From Vicugna vicugna (Eukaryota): a stretch of 64,000 nucleotides of DNA. The position numbers were made by a program, and so were the translations under genes. The notes beneath the pieces are model-generated. The model saw nothing but the letters and a program-made list of their open reading frames with translations, did not search any database and had not been told where the DNA came from. Position 1 is the first letter of the stretch; each line of letters starts with the position of its first letter. The DNA lies in contig MU057416.1 of the NCBI GenBank assembly GCA_013265495.1, positions 366,545-430,544 of the forward strand, written 5' to 3'. Of this stretch, positions 14,243 to 28,739 are shown piece by piece.

Positions 14243-14373
14243 ATTTATTTATTCATTTAGTGCAGGGAAGGTCATTAGGTTTATTTATTTATTTTTTAAC
14301 AGAGGGACTGGGGATTGAACCCGGGGCCTCATGCACGCTAGGAACACACTCTGCCACTGAGCTAACCCTCCCC
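14243..14373 (-). mobile_element. Camelid tRNA-derived SINE (Vic-1 type)
   Basis: Reverse strand GGGGAGGGTTAGCTCAGTGGCAGAG...GGGTTCAATCCCC (A/B boxes) with AT-rich tail; 17-bp TSD tgctccctctgtgtttt (14226-14242) / tgccccctctgtgtttt (14374-14390). Confidence 0.9.
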
Positions 14374-15456
14374 TGCCCCCTCTGTGTTTTCACATAAGTG
14401 TATCCTGTAAATATGCATTGAGTGAATGACCTGGCTAGAAGACAGCTGGTGCCTCCTGTTCCTTCTACTCCTCCATCTCCCCGACGTACACCCGCAGTCC
14501 TCATGGCCCCTGCCAGCAAGGCTGAGCACACGTGCTGGGGAACAAAATAAACACGGGGATCCAGAAGCGAACGAGCTTAAAAAGGATGACAGAACTCATC
14601 CTCGATGGAACAGAAGGAAGGTCAAAACCTCCCTTCAGACATTTGGACAAACGCTCATTGTTGTTTCTTCTTAAAAAACAGTCAGTGGTAGACGTCATCA
14701 AATATCACCATTTAGACTCTCAGCCTAGTGGCAGGCTCTCCTCAGATCATTTCACCTAGAGGCTTATTCAGGAGTCAGGGACTGTGAGCTGGGCTGTGTC
14801 CAGTTCTGCACTATCCGTCCACCTCTCGGCCAGAGTACCAGCCTCGGGGACCATCCACAGATGCACACTGCGTTCAATCCTACTTGAGTTTCCAGAGCAC
14901 AGGGATGGGGAAGAGAAAGAAAGAAGTGCTTGACCAAGGGACTGAGAGTCTTCTCAAGTCAGGTGTGGGTCTAGGAGAAATACATACACACACACACACA
15001 CACACAAATGGTTGGTGAAGGAAAAATGACCCGTGAGTCTGTGAAGGGGAAGACTTTAATGCCAACGTGCATATTTCTTGATTAAAATACGGGCATTTGC
15101 ATGGTGCCTTAGCATTCTAAATGTAACAGCAGCTGAACCTCTCCAGGAATAGCTGAGTTCCTATTCAAGAAGGGGAAGAAAGGGACTGGTTAGAACCCTA
15201 ATGTTACAATGAAAAGTACTGCCTAGCGTGGCACCATCATCCCAATAAAACTGGTTCGTGGACTGGTTACTGTTGCAGAGTGAACTCCTAGGTGACTGAC
15301 AAGTTTTTCAGAATTAAAAGATAGGTCATTGGTCAATATATTAGAACAAATACATCTATGAATAGTCAGGCTGAGCAACAAACTTGCACATTCATTCTTA
15401 GAAATAGTCTGATACATGATATCCTCAGGTAGGCTTTTTAATAACATCTAAATTTT

Positions 15457-15458
<2 letters not shown>

Positions 15459-15487
<29 letters not shown>
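15459..15487. repeat. (AC)14 microsatellite
   Basis: Direct reading. Confidence 0.95.
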
Positions 15488-15491
<4 letters not shown>

Positions 15492-16039
15492 AGCAAGGCA
15501 ACAGAGAAATTAATGCTCACTGAACAGAAGCATCTCCCCACATAGCGTGCTTATTAAAATTGCTCAGATATGAATTCTTACATTACTGTTGGGGACTTAC
15601 AAAAATTCAAAGCATTGCCGAAAGTCTGTACACTAATCTTTTGACAAGAAGATGCTGCTGATTTTTCATGAAGCTGACCATTTAGTCAATATTCAGGCTG
15701 TTTCCTAATGCTAACAATACTTTACCGGTGGCCCTTTTGATCAAAGCTCCCTGTGGGTATGCAAGAGGAGACTGGGAAAATACAAAATTTAATGGAAGGA
15801 AGAGTTGCTGCGGAACTCTAGGATCTGGCTTGACGTCTGACACCAAGCATGCTGCCCAGACGTCTCTGAGACCTGGGGCCAATGCTGACAGATGTGGCCC
15901 CTGGAGACGTGGGGGAAGTCATTGACAGGTTAATGTGATACCATGGAATCCCCTTAGAAAAGAGCCTTTCCTTTAATCTACATGTGGTAGAACCCTACTC
16001 AGTAAAGGTCTTAAAGAATAATTTGACCTTGGTCCTAAT

Positions 16040-16553
16040 TTAAAATACATCTAGCGTGATTCTTGTGAAGCTGGAGACGAATCACGTCAAATCCAGAGCC
16101 CAGACTCTCCAGCAGATCCCCACCTCGCTCACGACAGAACCCCAAATCTTCACCAAGCTTGCGTGGTACCCTCCACACTCTCCCCTTCCCTGGTTCCCCA
16201 GTCACTCTGTTTTGACTGAAATGGTCTCCCTGCTCTTCTTCAAGCCCCCGAGTGCCTCTCCTGCCTCCGGACATTTGCACTTGCTGTGCTTTAGTCTGGG
16301 AAGTTCTTCTTTGGATATTCCCTTTGCTCCCACCACCGTTTCATTCAAGGCTCAGCTCAAATATTACCTGTCACAGTGGTCTTCCCTAATAGCCTTCTGT
16401 AAGATCGCAGACCCCACTGAGCAGCCCCATGCCGATTTTATATGTGCTTGCTGTGGGTGGGGAATTGGTTTACCATCGTCTCCTCAGAGGCTATAAGAGC
16501 GTCAGACATAAAATACAGGTGTTCAATAAACATTTGTTGAATAAGAGAATGAG
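16040..16553 (+). mobile_element. L2 3' region
   Basis: ggacatttgcacttgctg...ctcagctcaaatattacc...gttcaataaacatttgttgaata, the typical L2 3' terminus. Confidence 0.8.
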
Positions 16554-16892
16554 TGGAAGTGGTCCATCTCAGAAGTACCTAAACCATAACATCCTTTAGG
16601 GTTACATCTATTGCTTGCGTTCCCTGGTCCCGTCTTCTCCTAAACTTACAGTGGTACCTCTGTCTTCTGTAATTCATTTATTTCTCAAGGTTTATTCTTC
16701 GATGAGCTTTCTCTGTAGGTTTTAATGATTAATCTTTAGGGCACGCTTCCATGAAAAGATTTTTGTGTTCAGCTCATGAACTGGGACCATTTGATTACGA
16801 GAATTTAGAGAAAACGTAGTGCTCTTGAGGTTGTCAGAGCTATATCTGTCTGCTAACTGGCTCTTGGATTTCTGCAAGGGTTCTTCTCAGTT

Positions 16893-17190
16893 CTTACTCA
16901 TTCATTCAACATTTCAACAAATATTCACTTGGCACCTACTAGAGTAAGAGGACTCTGCTGAGTGACTGAGGCTGGTCTTATAAGGATGAAAAGACAACAC
17001 GAGGAACAAAGCGCTTGGTGCCCTGAAGGGATGGTGCTGGGGGGTTAGTAGCGTTCAGAGGAGAGATTAAGCCCAGCAGTGACCCAGTCGGGGTGTCTTG
17101 GAGAAGGTGGCATTTGAGTCTGGCTATTTGGATATTCCGGGAAGAGCAGGGGGAAACCATTTCAATAGGAGGAAATAGCATAAGCAACTA
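16893..17190 (-). mobile_element. L2 3' region
   Basis: actcattcattcaaca...caaatattcacttggcacctact...gagaaggtggcatttgagtctgg. Confidence 0.75.
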
Positions 17191-17809
17191 GGAAGGTATA
17201 TGGAAAACAAAACAATAGCTCACATAATAATGGGAAACCTTGGACCGTGGCTGTTTATACACTTAAATTCTCTCTAGCGCTAACATACAGTGTGACTTAA
17301 ACTTAAATGCACCTTCATATACCCTTGTAAATAGGCATTTAAAAAGATACGGAATTTATATTTTTCCCTAGTCGCATAATGTAAAACAAAAAGAAATTCT
17401 CAATGATCGAGGCAGATCAGAAAATTCAGCAAGTAAGAATCATATACTATTCCAGGCAATGGACTGAAATCGAGCTTTGAGTCCTTTCAGGGGAAGAAAA
17501 AAGATAAAAAATTTACAGAAATGTTTAAACCAGTCAGTGTCATGAGGAAGTGTGCCACGTACACTAGACACACTAAACGTGTTAACAGCACCAGATCTTG
17601 TTTTGCCCACATGTGCACTAGGGGTTGTTCTCATGTCTTGTACCCAGTGACTACGAACCTGGCGAACTTGCTTAGAAACCTTGGGGGTAAACCTGTTCTT
17701 CTCGGTCTATGTTTTTAGTGAGAATCAACATTTTATCTCCCGGGTGCAATTCACAACTTGACCCGACTTTCTTGATCCGTCGCATCACTGGCAAACACAC
17801 GACAAAGGG

Positions 17810-18290
17810 AAGGAACGCTGCTCCCGGCTAGAGCGTCAGCTTCGTGCTTTTTCCACCTCCAGAAGCGTCTTCCACTTCATGTGGTTTCGTTTCCAAACGA
17901 AGGCTGCCCGCGCTCCCGTGCCAGGTGGGCCTGGAGACGGCGGAGCAGCGGCGCGGGCAGAGGCACGGCCGTCTGGGGGGCCGAGGCTCAGGTTCTGTGC
18001 CGTGCTGGGCTCACTTTCTGGCCCTCACCACGCTCCCTCGGCTGAACTGGGTCCCCGCGTCGCCGGGCCCTGCTGCCCCGTCCTCAGGCGGCCGCGCGCC
18101 CCGGGGTGGGGGAGGGGCAGAGCATCACGCGAGCGCGGAACGCTGTGCACCTGCCTCCGTCAGCCCCGGGCGCTCCGTGGGAGTCCCGGGGCTCGGGGCT
18201 CTGCTCCACGGCGTCTCCCCCCGCGCCTGCAGACCTCGGCCTGCAGCCTCCGCGCTCACATCAGACTCCTCAGCCCAAGCTCTCTCTTCT
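17810..18290. promoter_or_regulatory. CpG island, candidate alternative promoter of the minus-strand gene
   Basis: High GC and CpG density; possible minus-strand donors GAT|GTGAGC (exon end 18260) and weaker CAG|GTGCAC (18151). Confidence 0.5.
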
Positions 18291-18390
18291 CGCTCCTCCT
18301 TCCTTCCTTCCTTCCTTCCTTCCTTCCTCCTCCCTCTTCCTCCTCCCCATCCTCCTTGCCACCCTCCCCTCCTCCTTCTCTCTGTCCCCC
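18280..18390. repeat. (TTCC)n / polypyrimidine-polypurine tract
   Basis: About 7 TTCC units (18298-18327) within an almost pure C/T tract. Confidence 0.9.
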
Positions 18391-21300
18391 ACACCCCGCG
18401 TGGCTTCTCTGGGGAAGCCGAGCTGATCCAGGAATGGCAGGTGTCCTCACGACTGCCATCTACACCCTGAGTAGCCTCCTCGGGCGAGTTTTACTGGGCA
18501 GCTCCTTGGGAAACCCTGGCTCCTTTAGAATTCTCTAGGAACGCGGTCAGGAGAAATCTGCTCGCTGTGCTGGCTTCTCCTTTGCCCTAGAATTACTGCC
18601 CCACGCAGGAGTGGCCGTCCCGGGACTCACCACTCCATCTCTGGGATGTCTATGTGGAAAGGCGGCAACTTGGAAGGTCATTTGTGCCCTGCGCCGTGGC
18701 CACCTGGCTGTCACCTGCCCCTGAAGGTTTGATGCCAGTGGAAAGATAAGAGCAGAAGACAATGGAGGAGAAATGGGAGAGAACCCTAGCTCCCCTCTCT
18801 CGACGCTTGGAGCACAGTTGTCTCTGCTCCCTGCAGAAGTTCATTAGTCCCACATGGTGAAAGACGTGGCCGGGGAGGCTTCCTCCTTGCGATTATGATG
18901 AAGGACTTTTAACATATTTTTGTAGAAGACTTTTATCAGATATAAATCTCCAGCGACAAAAGTTTCCAAGTGACAACATGTCGAAGCAGCTTCGCAAGGA
19001 GCCTTCGTAGGAGCACTGCACGGAACCCTTCATGACAAGGATGTGCTCACCGTGATGGTGAGACCAGAGTGAACGGCTGGCAGAGGGTGGGCAGGAGGTT
19101 GAGGGGCGACTTTCTTGGGGCTGCTTGGGTCGGGGAGCCACTTGTCTGCCCTTCAAGAGGTTGGAACCCCATCCACAGGAGGGGGTGAGGGGCTGTACCT
19201 CCGGTGCGGGTCCCCAGGGGCCCTCCATGGAGATGTGTGACAGTCCCTTCCATCTGGGGTCCTGCCACTTCCCTGCGGAGGATTCACGCCTTGTTACCAT
19301 GCGTGTCTGGGTATTTGTCAGCTGCTTCATGAATTATCAGTTCAGTTAAAGACTCCAAGGTGGGACATTTTCTTTCACCTTAAAGCTATCTTTTACAATT
19401 TTATTGACTTTATATTCTACTTTTATTTTTATTTTTTATGAAATTCGGATGAGAAGGTCTCTCCTCCTCCTGACCTTCCTGTGTGGCGACTCCGCCATCG
19501 CCATCCTTCAATGTCTTCTTCCCTTTGTCCTGGACGGGTGTTGAACTGGAAAGTCTGGAAGGAAAGCCTGAGCACGTGAGCCAGCACGTCTCCGTCCCTC
19601 TGTCTTCTGCATGCGTCTGTCTGTCTCTCCTCCTCTCTGCTCTTCTCCCTGAAGACTTCTCTGCCTGCACACGCGTATCCCCTGGGGTGACCTCGACGCT
19701 GGCCTTTCCAGCCCATGTGCTGCAAGGTATAAGCCACCCTCTTCAAAATGAGCAGGGGCAGCAGTAACAAGAGGTGATGTTCTGTCTCCATCCGTTTTAC
19801 TTTGTGTTTTATCTCAGGACCTGAGGAGGGAGGAAGGGGGCAGTGGATTGGGGACCCCCGCTATCCAGGGCGTCAGTGCTTGAAACAAACAAATCCTGTC
19901 TTCCACACGGAAACGAGGTGTTACTAACACGTATCTACCCCCACTTCATACTATTGTTATGAAACCCCACTTGTTTTTAATGGTGACTCAGACCTATGTG
20001 TGTAGCAAGGCCTGACTGGACACACTCTCATTTCCCTCTTTAAACAACATAAACCAATGTTCTCAGTCGCACTGATGCCTCATTTTCTCTGAGCCCAAAT
20101 GACTGGCTGTATTTAAATGAGGGTAATAGGTCCAGTGAACACAGTAAGGCTTTTGATGGCGAGCACCCGTATCACACCTCCCCTTGCTCTGTCAGGAGAT
20201 GTAAGTTTGACCAAAACCAAAGCAGACGGTTGTGACAATCGTCCTCCTCGCATGGGTCGCACAGACCGTGCCGTTGTGCAGAGCTGACTTGCGCCGCCCT
20301 TGCAACTCTTTGAGATTCCTCGTTCCTTTTAGACACACGCGGAGCTGAGACCGAGGCTGGTGACTGTGCTGTCCCTGACCTATGACTTCTGTCTCCTTCC
20401 TGGGGTGTTCCCGCGTATTCAGAGACAGGCAGCCTCTCCGATGAGAAAACCCAGAGCAAAACAAGAGTCTCCCTTCTCGCTTCCCTTCTCAGCCACGGAA
20501 GCCTCCGCACGAGCCCGGCCCCGGAACGTCTAACTGTGGAAAAGCTGTAGCAAGTCAGTCAAAACTCCCGGAGCTGGCTGCGCTGGGGGCAAAATGACGC
20601 AGCAGTGAGCGAGAGGGTGGTATCTGCACAGAGGGGCTCATTACAGGGGAGCGGGGGGACACTCCTGGGGGAGCCCCGGGGAGCTGTTGTCAGAGCCGCT
20701 GGGAAGCCCTTCCCACAAAAATGAGAGGAGAGCGTGGAACCCAGGAGCTGCCTCTTGCGATCCTTGAAATTGCTTCAGAGGTGGCCCTGCCCGCCTGCCG
20801 GGTCTCCCGCATGGCCCCGATGCCCGGGTCGGAGGACCCGTGGCCTCTCTGCCTCTTCACAGCGTGTCCCCCCGTGAGCTTCTTTATGAAACAGTTTCAT
20901 CTGTGCTCTCTTGGTGATGATCCTGGCCTCGCACCGTTTTAGCGGTTTTGTTTGGCAGACAGCTCCCAGGGACCAGGCCCGGAATGAATGGAAACTCCCG
21001 GCGTGGCTGTGGCGGTCCCTGGGAGGTGCGGCTCTGTCTCCCGGCTCCGACAGCCTTAAGGTTAACTGTGGGTACATCAGAGTCAAAGCAAGCCCCTTCC
21101 CGTCTGCCCTGTGCTCAGAAGGGAGCAGAGGAGTAGCGAGGATGGCATCGGAGGATGGGCTGGAACTAAGACGAGGCTTCCACAGGAGGAGAAGGTGTCT
21201 GAGGACACAGACCCATGGTTCAAGGCGACAAGCGGCAGGAACTCACCGGTCAGCTGGACCAACGGCTCTGAAGTCAGCATCCCCATGACCTATTATTGCC

Positions 21301-23087
21301 ATGAGACTTCAAGTCACTCCAGAAGCAGCAGTCTGGTGAGAGTGTCCTGTCTGTCTGTCCAGCTCCACAGGCATCATGCCATCCGTCAGTGCCTCTGCTC
21401 TGAAATGACTGACACCATTACTTTCTCGGTCCTCGGTTCTGCTGGAAAGATGATACGGTATGGTGCATTCAAGCCACAAGACTAGGCCAGCTGGAATCCT
21501 GAAGATTCCTGAGGTCATCCCAGATGGGACCGAGGTGGCCCAGAGCGCGTGCTCAGTGCTTATGCTAAGTGTGCGCGGGCCACCTACCCTCTCAATGACA
21601 TCACTGCTCTGACGAACACTGAGAATGAAATGAAAGGATTTTTAAGACCCCAGGTGTTAATTGAAATGTGTCTGAGTTCTTCCAAACGCCCGTAGATTTA
21701 TTGAAACAAACGTTCTGTAGCAGAAGCTAGGAGTTGGTCACATAGGAAATATTCCTGCTTGGTGTTTCTTTGCTTTCACGCCGTGGGCACACTCGAGCAA
21801 TCAAGGAGAACGTGGCTCTAGGCACAACGAAGAATGACTGGACAGCACTTTTTAATACCCTCTCAAAGCAAGTGGTAATTACCTGATTTTAAAAATCCTT
21901 CAAATTACATGAAATGAGAAACATTAATAGAGATCTATTTTTTTTTCTGAAAATGAACTGATACATTTGATTAACCCTTGGATTCTCATTTTCAAATGTT
22001 TCAAATGACTCAAAGAATAGACTTTATCCCCAAATTATATTGAATACAACCCAGTGTTTACTTTTATAATTCTGGGAGTTTAGAATATTTACTCCTCTGG
22101 TCTTCACTATGAAGTTCAATTATCTATAAAAATTATTGAATAGGACAATTTTTAAAGTGAGATTTCTGCTCATTTTGGATTGTGCATACTTAGAAGGTTG
22201 TTATCTTCAAATTCAAGATTTTTACAATAAAATTGCCTGCTATTCTAAAGATTTTTTTAACTTCATTCTACATTTTAAATAAAATAAAAGTTAATTACCT
22301 TGAGTGTTTTCTTTTATTTTGAATCAACTGGATTAGGAACCCCTTCGAGGGTGGAGCATAACTTTTTCTCATGTTTCCAACCTTTATCTTTTCACCTTGA
22401 CCATAATCTATCAAATTTGGTCAGTATTTCTTTTGTGTTCTAGTCCTCGGGGACACCATGTTGGTTTAACTTTACTTTTTATGTATGTGGTAACATGAAT
22501 GTTTTGCTGAATGATTCAGAAACCACTTATGAATATGAACGTTGGAGAGACAACTGGATGTAAATTACAGACAAGCATTCAAACATAAAACTTTCTAGCA
22601 AAAGTTTCTTTAACGGCTCTTGCAATAACTATTTAATAACAACTGAAAGACGGATTAGAGCATCTATTGTTCAGGGATAAATAATGGAACTTCGTCGGGA
22701 TAGCCAACATGACTTTACAGACAACTTCAAATTTATGGTAGAATTTCTCAGAATTTAGAACAATGCTGAAGACAGGAAATAGCTTCCAGGCCCTTGCTGT
22801 TGTGTTGCTCTTGACCTTCAGCAAAGTTTACTGTAGTAGGCGCAAACTGCACACAGACACCGTGGGCTGACTAATGCCTTAAAACAGTGTATACCTTCGA
22901 AGATATTTTCAAGTAAATGAGAAGTATATATAGTAGGAATTCTTTCAGATGTAACATACAATAAAAACTACTGCTGTTGGTGGAACGAATGGATTTCTGT
23001 AGTGAGTTTCACCATCCGACATGAAATCAGGAAATTTTTTTTTAGCGAGCTGAGAACTAACAGGAGAATTTTCAGGCAATGACTTAC

Positions 23088-23132
23088 ATTTCTTCTCCAA
23101 GAGAGAAGCTGATCTGAGTCAGAGTTTCACAT
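23088..23132 (-). other. Candidate 45-nt internal exon
   Basis: Minus strand ...ggatgtctctag|ATGTGAAAC...GAAGAAAT|GTAAGT; length divisible by 3; one open frame (CETLTQISFSLGEE). Confidence 0.35.
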
Positions 23133-24104
23133 CTAGAGACATCCAGTTGATTAATGATTAAAGAATCACGAGAGAGAAGGTCTCGTGGGGCCAGCCGAGC
23201 CTCCCACCACGCCAGGGTTTGGCTGTTTACAGAAATGTCAGAAATGTCAGGAAAACATTTGAGAGGTGTGAGATCGTAGGATGTCTAAGTACACACTTTA
23301 AATCCTTGACAGAGCCCATTAACTCTGATCCAAAAACGAGACTTTGCACAGATTTTCATTCTTAAACCATGAGAACACGAACTAGGTTGATGTCCAGTGT
23401 CTTCCCAGAACTAACACTCAGTAAACATTTTAGGTCGATTATGCAATGGGCGCATCATAACAATTTGATAGCATTGTCCTTGGATGTAATTTCATCCTTT
23501 TGTAAAGACCATTGGTGGCTACGTCCATTTGGATGGAGGTCATCATAGGCTGGACTTCTGTGCTACTGTAAACTGCTACAGCCAAGCTCGGTGTATTACT
23601 AAACTCCTATGAGATTAATCTTTCAATTTGCAAACATTACTCACATACATTTTTTGAGGCATTACTTCTATTAAGATGGAATAGCAGGATATACTATGTT
23701 GATTAGGTAAAGGAGATAAAAAACAGGAAACTGGGGAACCATAGGGAAATATGGCTGAGAACAAACTGATTTACAAAACAAATAGAACTGGTGGCGGCAA
23801 CGAAGGTTTCTTCCCCATGTTGATGAGACCCTGTTACAGAGATGTTCCAGAGTTCAGTTCAGGAATTTTAAATAAATCAGTGAAATAAACGGGCTTTTCC
23901 ATGGTCTTATCTCCACCGTCCTTGTAACAGAACTCACTGGAGAGATCTGACCTGCACCTTCGAGAACTGACGCCCAGGATGACGTGAGACCAGGCCAGCA
24001 TTCCTTCTAGAACTAACGCCTTCTTGCATTTGTGAAATGCTCTGTTACGTGGGTGTTTTCCCCAACGCCTATTATGTCATATTTTAGGACGATAAGGGAA
24101 AAAG

Positions 24105-24310
24105 AGCCAGGAAGAAAAGCACAGAGCCTGACCTGTGGGTTCAGGGCTGGCTCCACCCCGCAGGCACTGCGTCATCTTGGACGTAGTCAGCCTGTGTTCT
24201 CATTTCCAAAACGGGGACAGTAACAGGGCGTGCAGCATATAAGTGCTGACGGGAATTAGTTGCAGGGTGCAGGCACTATGATACGCTGGTAGTAAACACT
24301 TAATAAACAC
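24105..24310 (+). mobile_element. MIR SINE
   Basis: gggttcagggctggctcc...tgcgtcatcttgg...tctcatttccaaaacggggacagtaac...gtaaacacttaataaac matches the MIR core and tail. Confidence 0.7.
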
Positions 24311-25712
24311 CCCGGGTACTGGGAGATGTGCACGGTGTGCCCTGGGCTGTGTACAGATGAGAAAATCGAACAACAAAGAGATAAGTGCTTCTGTTAGAAG
24401 TCTGATGTTTCTCACTGAAACAAATGCACTCAGCTTTATCTCCAGGAGGACTTTTATCAAAACTAATATTATTAACCAAATGGAGCTGCTGTGCTTTCAT
24501 CTCTGTGTGTTTTCCTTTATCCAGTCATTTTTAAAGAGACACCTGAGAAATTGAGAGAATTCTTTTCTATCAGTCCGGATAATTCGCTCCATGCACTCGG
24601 ATTCCTTTCTTCTCTTTTCAGTCCTCAGGATCTTTGTCCGCAGGTTATTTCTAAGGCCTTTTCTAGTTTAAAATACACTATTTCACAAACTACATAATTA
24701 AACTCTTGAACTCTGACATTTGACTCTAATAAATAAATACCTTAAATTAAAAGAAAAGGGATCCATATTTTGATTATAAAACTGTACCTACGTTTATTCT
24801 AGGCACATTGTCGAGGTGATCATATTCCTTAGGTCAGTTCTACCTTCGGTTTAACATCCTATTTCCAAAAAGTTATAATGGAAATTCAGATGCATAAATG
24901 CAACTTAATGTTGACAGCAGTTACGAAATTAAAGTTTTCCCTACCAAGCCCAAATGTGATCATTAGTAACTCGTTGTGTGTGAATGTGTGCGTATGGTAT
25001 ATCCTATCACAGCTTCACATAACGACAGACAGCATCATCCAAACCTAATACATATTTCTAGAATTTTACATGATTTTCATTAAATACCTAATTTCACATT
25101 TGCGGTTCAAAAACTACTTTCTAGATTTAGTATGATCTGCTGTTACATCTTTTATTTTTCTCCTTCATTTCTTCCTTTCTAAAATTTAGGCTTATATGAC
25201 TACTTGAATAAACTGATTTTTTTTTTTAAGAAGAAGGAGGAAAAAAATCCGACATTTCTGCGATTTCATATCATGGCTAGTTTGATGACTATGGACGCTT
25301 GATTTTTGCACGCTGTGGATATCTGCAAAAGCGATTTTATTTGGATCTAGTCTGTGTTTATACACTATTCTAGGGGCAGAGATAATTTTGGTGGACAAAT
25401 ACGTTTAAAAACTCAGTTTTATTTGCTTTGTGAGCTGATCTGAGTCGCTGTTGCTTACAATTTCCTAAAAGAATAAGGTAAATCTTTTGTATAGACTTCA
25501 GTAGAAAAGAACCCTCAGTGTAGTTATAACTCTTTATATTTCAAGTGATCTTTTAAATTCATTTTATATTTATTATTTAACTCACTTGATGTGACAGTTT
25601 CCTCCACGGACTCTCATGACTCACGCTACTCTTTTTTATTCTCATGGTACATTCTTGATTTTTAGATTATTATTAATATCCCTGATTCTGACATTTGAAA
25701 CTTCAAGTCCAA

Positions 25713-26113
25713 TTTCTTTTTTTTTTTTAAATTGAAGTATAGTTGATTTACAAAGTTTGTTTCAGGTGTACAGTAAAGCAATTCAATTATACATACACAT
25801 ACTTATATATCTTATTTTTCGTATTCTTTTACATTACAGGTTATTACAAGATACTGAATATAGTTCCTGTGCTGTACAGCAGATCCTTGTTGTTTATCTG
25901 TTTTGTTTATGGTAGTTAGACCTGCAGATCCCAAACTCCTAAGTTATTCCTCTCCCTCCTTCCCCTTTGGTAACCGCAGTTTATTTTCTATGTCTGTGAG
26001 ACTATTTCTGGTTTGTAAATAAAATTTGTGTCTTTTTTTAGATTCCACAGATAAGTGATATCCTGTGATGTTTGTCTTTCAGTGTCTGACTTAATTCACT
26101 TAGTATGACAATC
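25713..26113 (-). mobile_element. L1 3' end (~400 bp)
   Basis: Poly-T, attgaagtatagttgatttac...ggttattacaagatactgaatatagttcc...gattccacagataagtgata; approximate TSD caatt(t)cttt. Confidence 0.9.
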
Positions 26114-28739
26114 AATTCTTTACGTTCATCCCTGTGGAAGTTCATATACATACACCACGGTTATAAACTAGTTCAAACCTAGAGCATAGCCAGAATTAAC
26201 ATGAGACTTTACAACTTACCTAAATTGTTCATAAACAAGGAACCTGAGTCTGTTTGCTAAAATTCAGGATGAAAATGACGGCAGAGTTCCTCAACAGTCC
26301 CTCAGTGGTCAAAACTCCTCTATCACAAAAACAGTGGCAGTGCGAACATGAGGTGCAGTAACCGGGGGGGTGCCTTGAGGGTGTCTGTTTTGTAACTCTT
26401 AGTGTTAATGACTCAATCAGCATTTGGAAAACCCCGGGAGTCACAGCCTACGATTGCAGTACTAACAGTTAAGATCTATCCCGCAGCAAATCCCTTCTTC
26501 TGTTGTGCAACCCAGTGGTTCCAGATTTTTGCAGAGCTTGCAAAAAATATGCCATTCAAAAAGGATCTTTACAAAGAAGTGATCACGTTGTTCCCTGACC
26601 TTTCTTGGCTCGTCAGTAAAATGCAAGGTCAGAATCACCCCAGAGCGCCCTAAGCTGTGCAGTTTTGCATATGGCACTCCATGCAGGAGGCCAGCAGACT
26701 CAGATGGCGAATGCCCTTCAGAAGGCACATACAGGCATCAAAGTGTGACCACAGAGGGATTTAAAAAGTGAAAATTAAATACTTAAAAGGAATAGTCTTG
26801 AGTAAGTGTGACTACATTTTCCAAAGGATGGACCGCTTGGCACATGTGTAACCCACTGAGATCATTCCGAGAGCTCAGCTTTCATCAGTTTCAGACTCTC
26901 GATTTCAGTGAATCATGCAACTGTATGTCCCAGGACCTTGGAGATCCACTGGCCCTAATTCCCCAGACTACTGATAGGGAAATCGAGGTCCAGAAAGAGC
27001 CAATCAGATATTCAGTAACACACCTTCCTACTCCTCACCCAGTGCTCTTATTTGCTGTGTGGCTATAATGAGAAACTCATAAGAATACTGAAAGGTAGTT
27101 AATGAATTGACCAGAGTTTGGGAGAAAGAAGAGCAAAAATGACCCCAGTACGCAGCACTGACTGTGAAGTGATCTGGGGGAGAAGAACACTGGTAGCTAA
27201 AAAGCCAATGAGGCTGACAGGGGGCAGAGCAAAAGAGAAGGAAAAAACTGAATAAATAATTAGCCAACAGGTTGGCAGCTCTTTCTGCCTTATTGTAAGA
27301 GAGGAGCCTTGAACGATCAGCTTTCCACACTCTTGAATTTGTTCTCTAGTAAAAATGTGGTGTCTTTGAATAAAGGATTTGGCATACTAACTTGCAGAAG
27401 AAATACATTTTAAATGCACGGTACAGCAATATATTCTTTTAAGAAATGGTGCCGTCAGAACCACTGTGTCGTTTTCTTAAGCACCTAAATGACCTGGAAT
27501 GATGTTTACTCATGGTGATGACGTATTATTACAATCTACTCTGGTTTGAACCTCAAAAAAGGAAGAAGACAAAGAGATGAAGTCTTGCATTCTTGTCTGC
27601 CCTTCTCTTTAGACTACGTTAACCGAAACACTGCCTGGAGTAAACATTACCAGCGGTTACCAGCTGTCCAATCTGGAAGGAACACGTGGCTCATAGATGC
27701 AAGCTGAGCACTGTTTGGTGGGGAGCAGTCTTCAGTACCTAACGTAGGTGTTTCACAGCATCTTTTCCCTTTAGGCGTTAAGACCTTGACCTGAGTTTTA
27801 AATCGACTGTAGGTATCTCTTGATATATCGTTGCCTAAAGAATTAGTAAGGAAATGATGGTGGAGAATGCATGCAGACTCACCTAGGTGCAACTCTGAAG
27901 TTCTCTCTCTGCAGGTGATGTTAGGACAACACGGGACCCTAAAGGTGCCGGCGGAGGTGGCTGCCCTGCCGCCCTCAGAGACACTTCTGAGCGTGACGTG
28001 GGCGCTAAGGCGATGCGCCACCGCACAGGTCATGCAAATCCACAGGAAGACTGTGTTCAAACAAGGATCTCGGTTTCAGTACACTTTTTCAGAAATGCTT
28101 TTGCTTCTTTTTAAAGGGAAATCTGCCTCCAGAAGAAAAGGCAAAAAACACCCCAACGTCAGTGCTCGCTTCTTTAACTACGACATTGCTCACACTTCCT
28201 CAGCGGATCAAAGCAGAGGTAACTCTGGTGGCTCCTTAGAATAACCTAAAACAAACACCTTTAAAAGATGCTACGAGAGTATAAAATATGAAAATTAACC
28301 CTGCACGAAGCTACCTGTAACACATGTTCCTTTATGAAAATAATAAAATGAGAGCAATGGAGATAATATTAAAGTATTAAGCTTTAACCCTGTCGCCAAT
28401 CCCTTATGTAACATGAAACGGTTAACATTTAAATGACTCAATTCTAAAAATTTGAATTAAAAGGATGTAGGAGGCATATTTTCTCCCCAATTTCTGCAAT
28501 CAAGCAAGTTTGCTGAGGCAGGGCAATGAAATGTCTTCACTCAATTTTTAGGTTGAATCAGCATTATGGTTTTTAAACCAAAAAAAAAAAAGTAAATACT
28601 GTTTCCAACGAAGATGTTTGTTGGAAAAATTTCCAATAATTTGAATGTAAATTTAGAAACAGTGAATTTAGGAGCTTCATTATTGACACCTTGTTCATTT
28701 TTTGGTTTTGTTTTTGATACCTAAGTAGGTGATGAAAGT

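Noticed and set aside
17844..18538. 208- and 219-aa plus ORFs
   Set aside because: Stop-poor because of the CpG island and TTCC repeat; overlapping ORFs in several frames, low complexity
18926..19057. Plus-strand AG/GT-bounded exon-like segment
   Set aside because: Stops in all three frames and no supporting context
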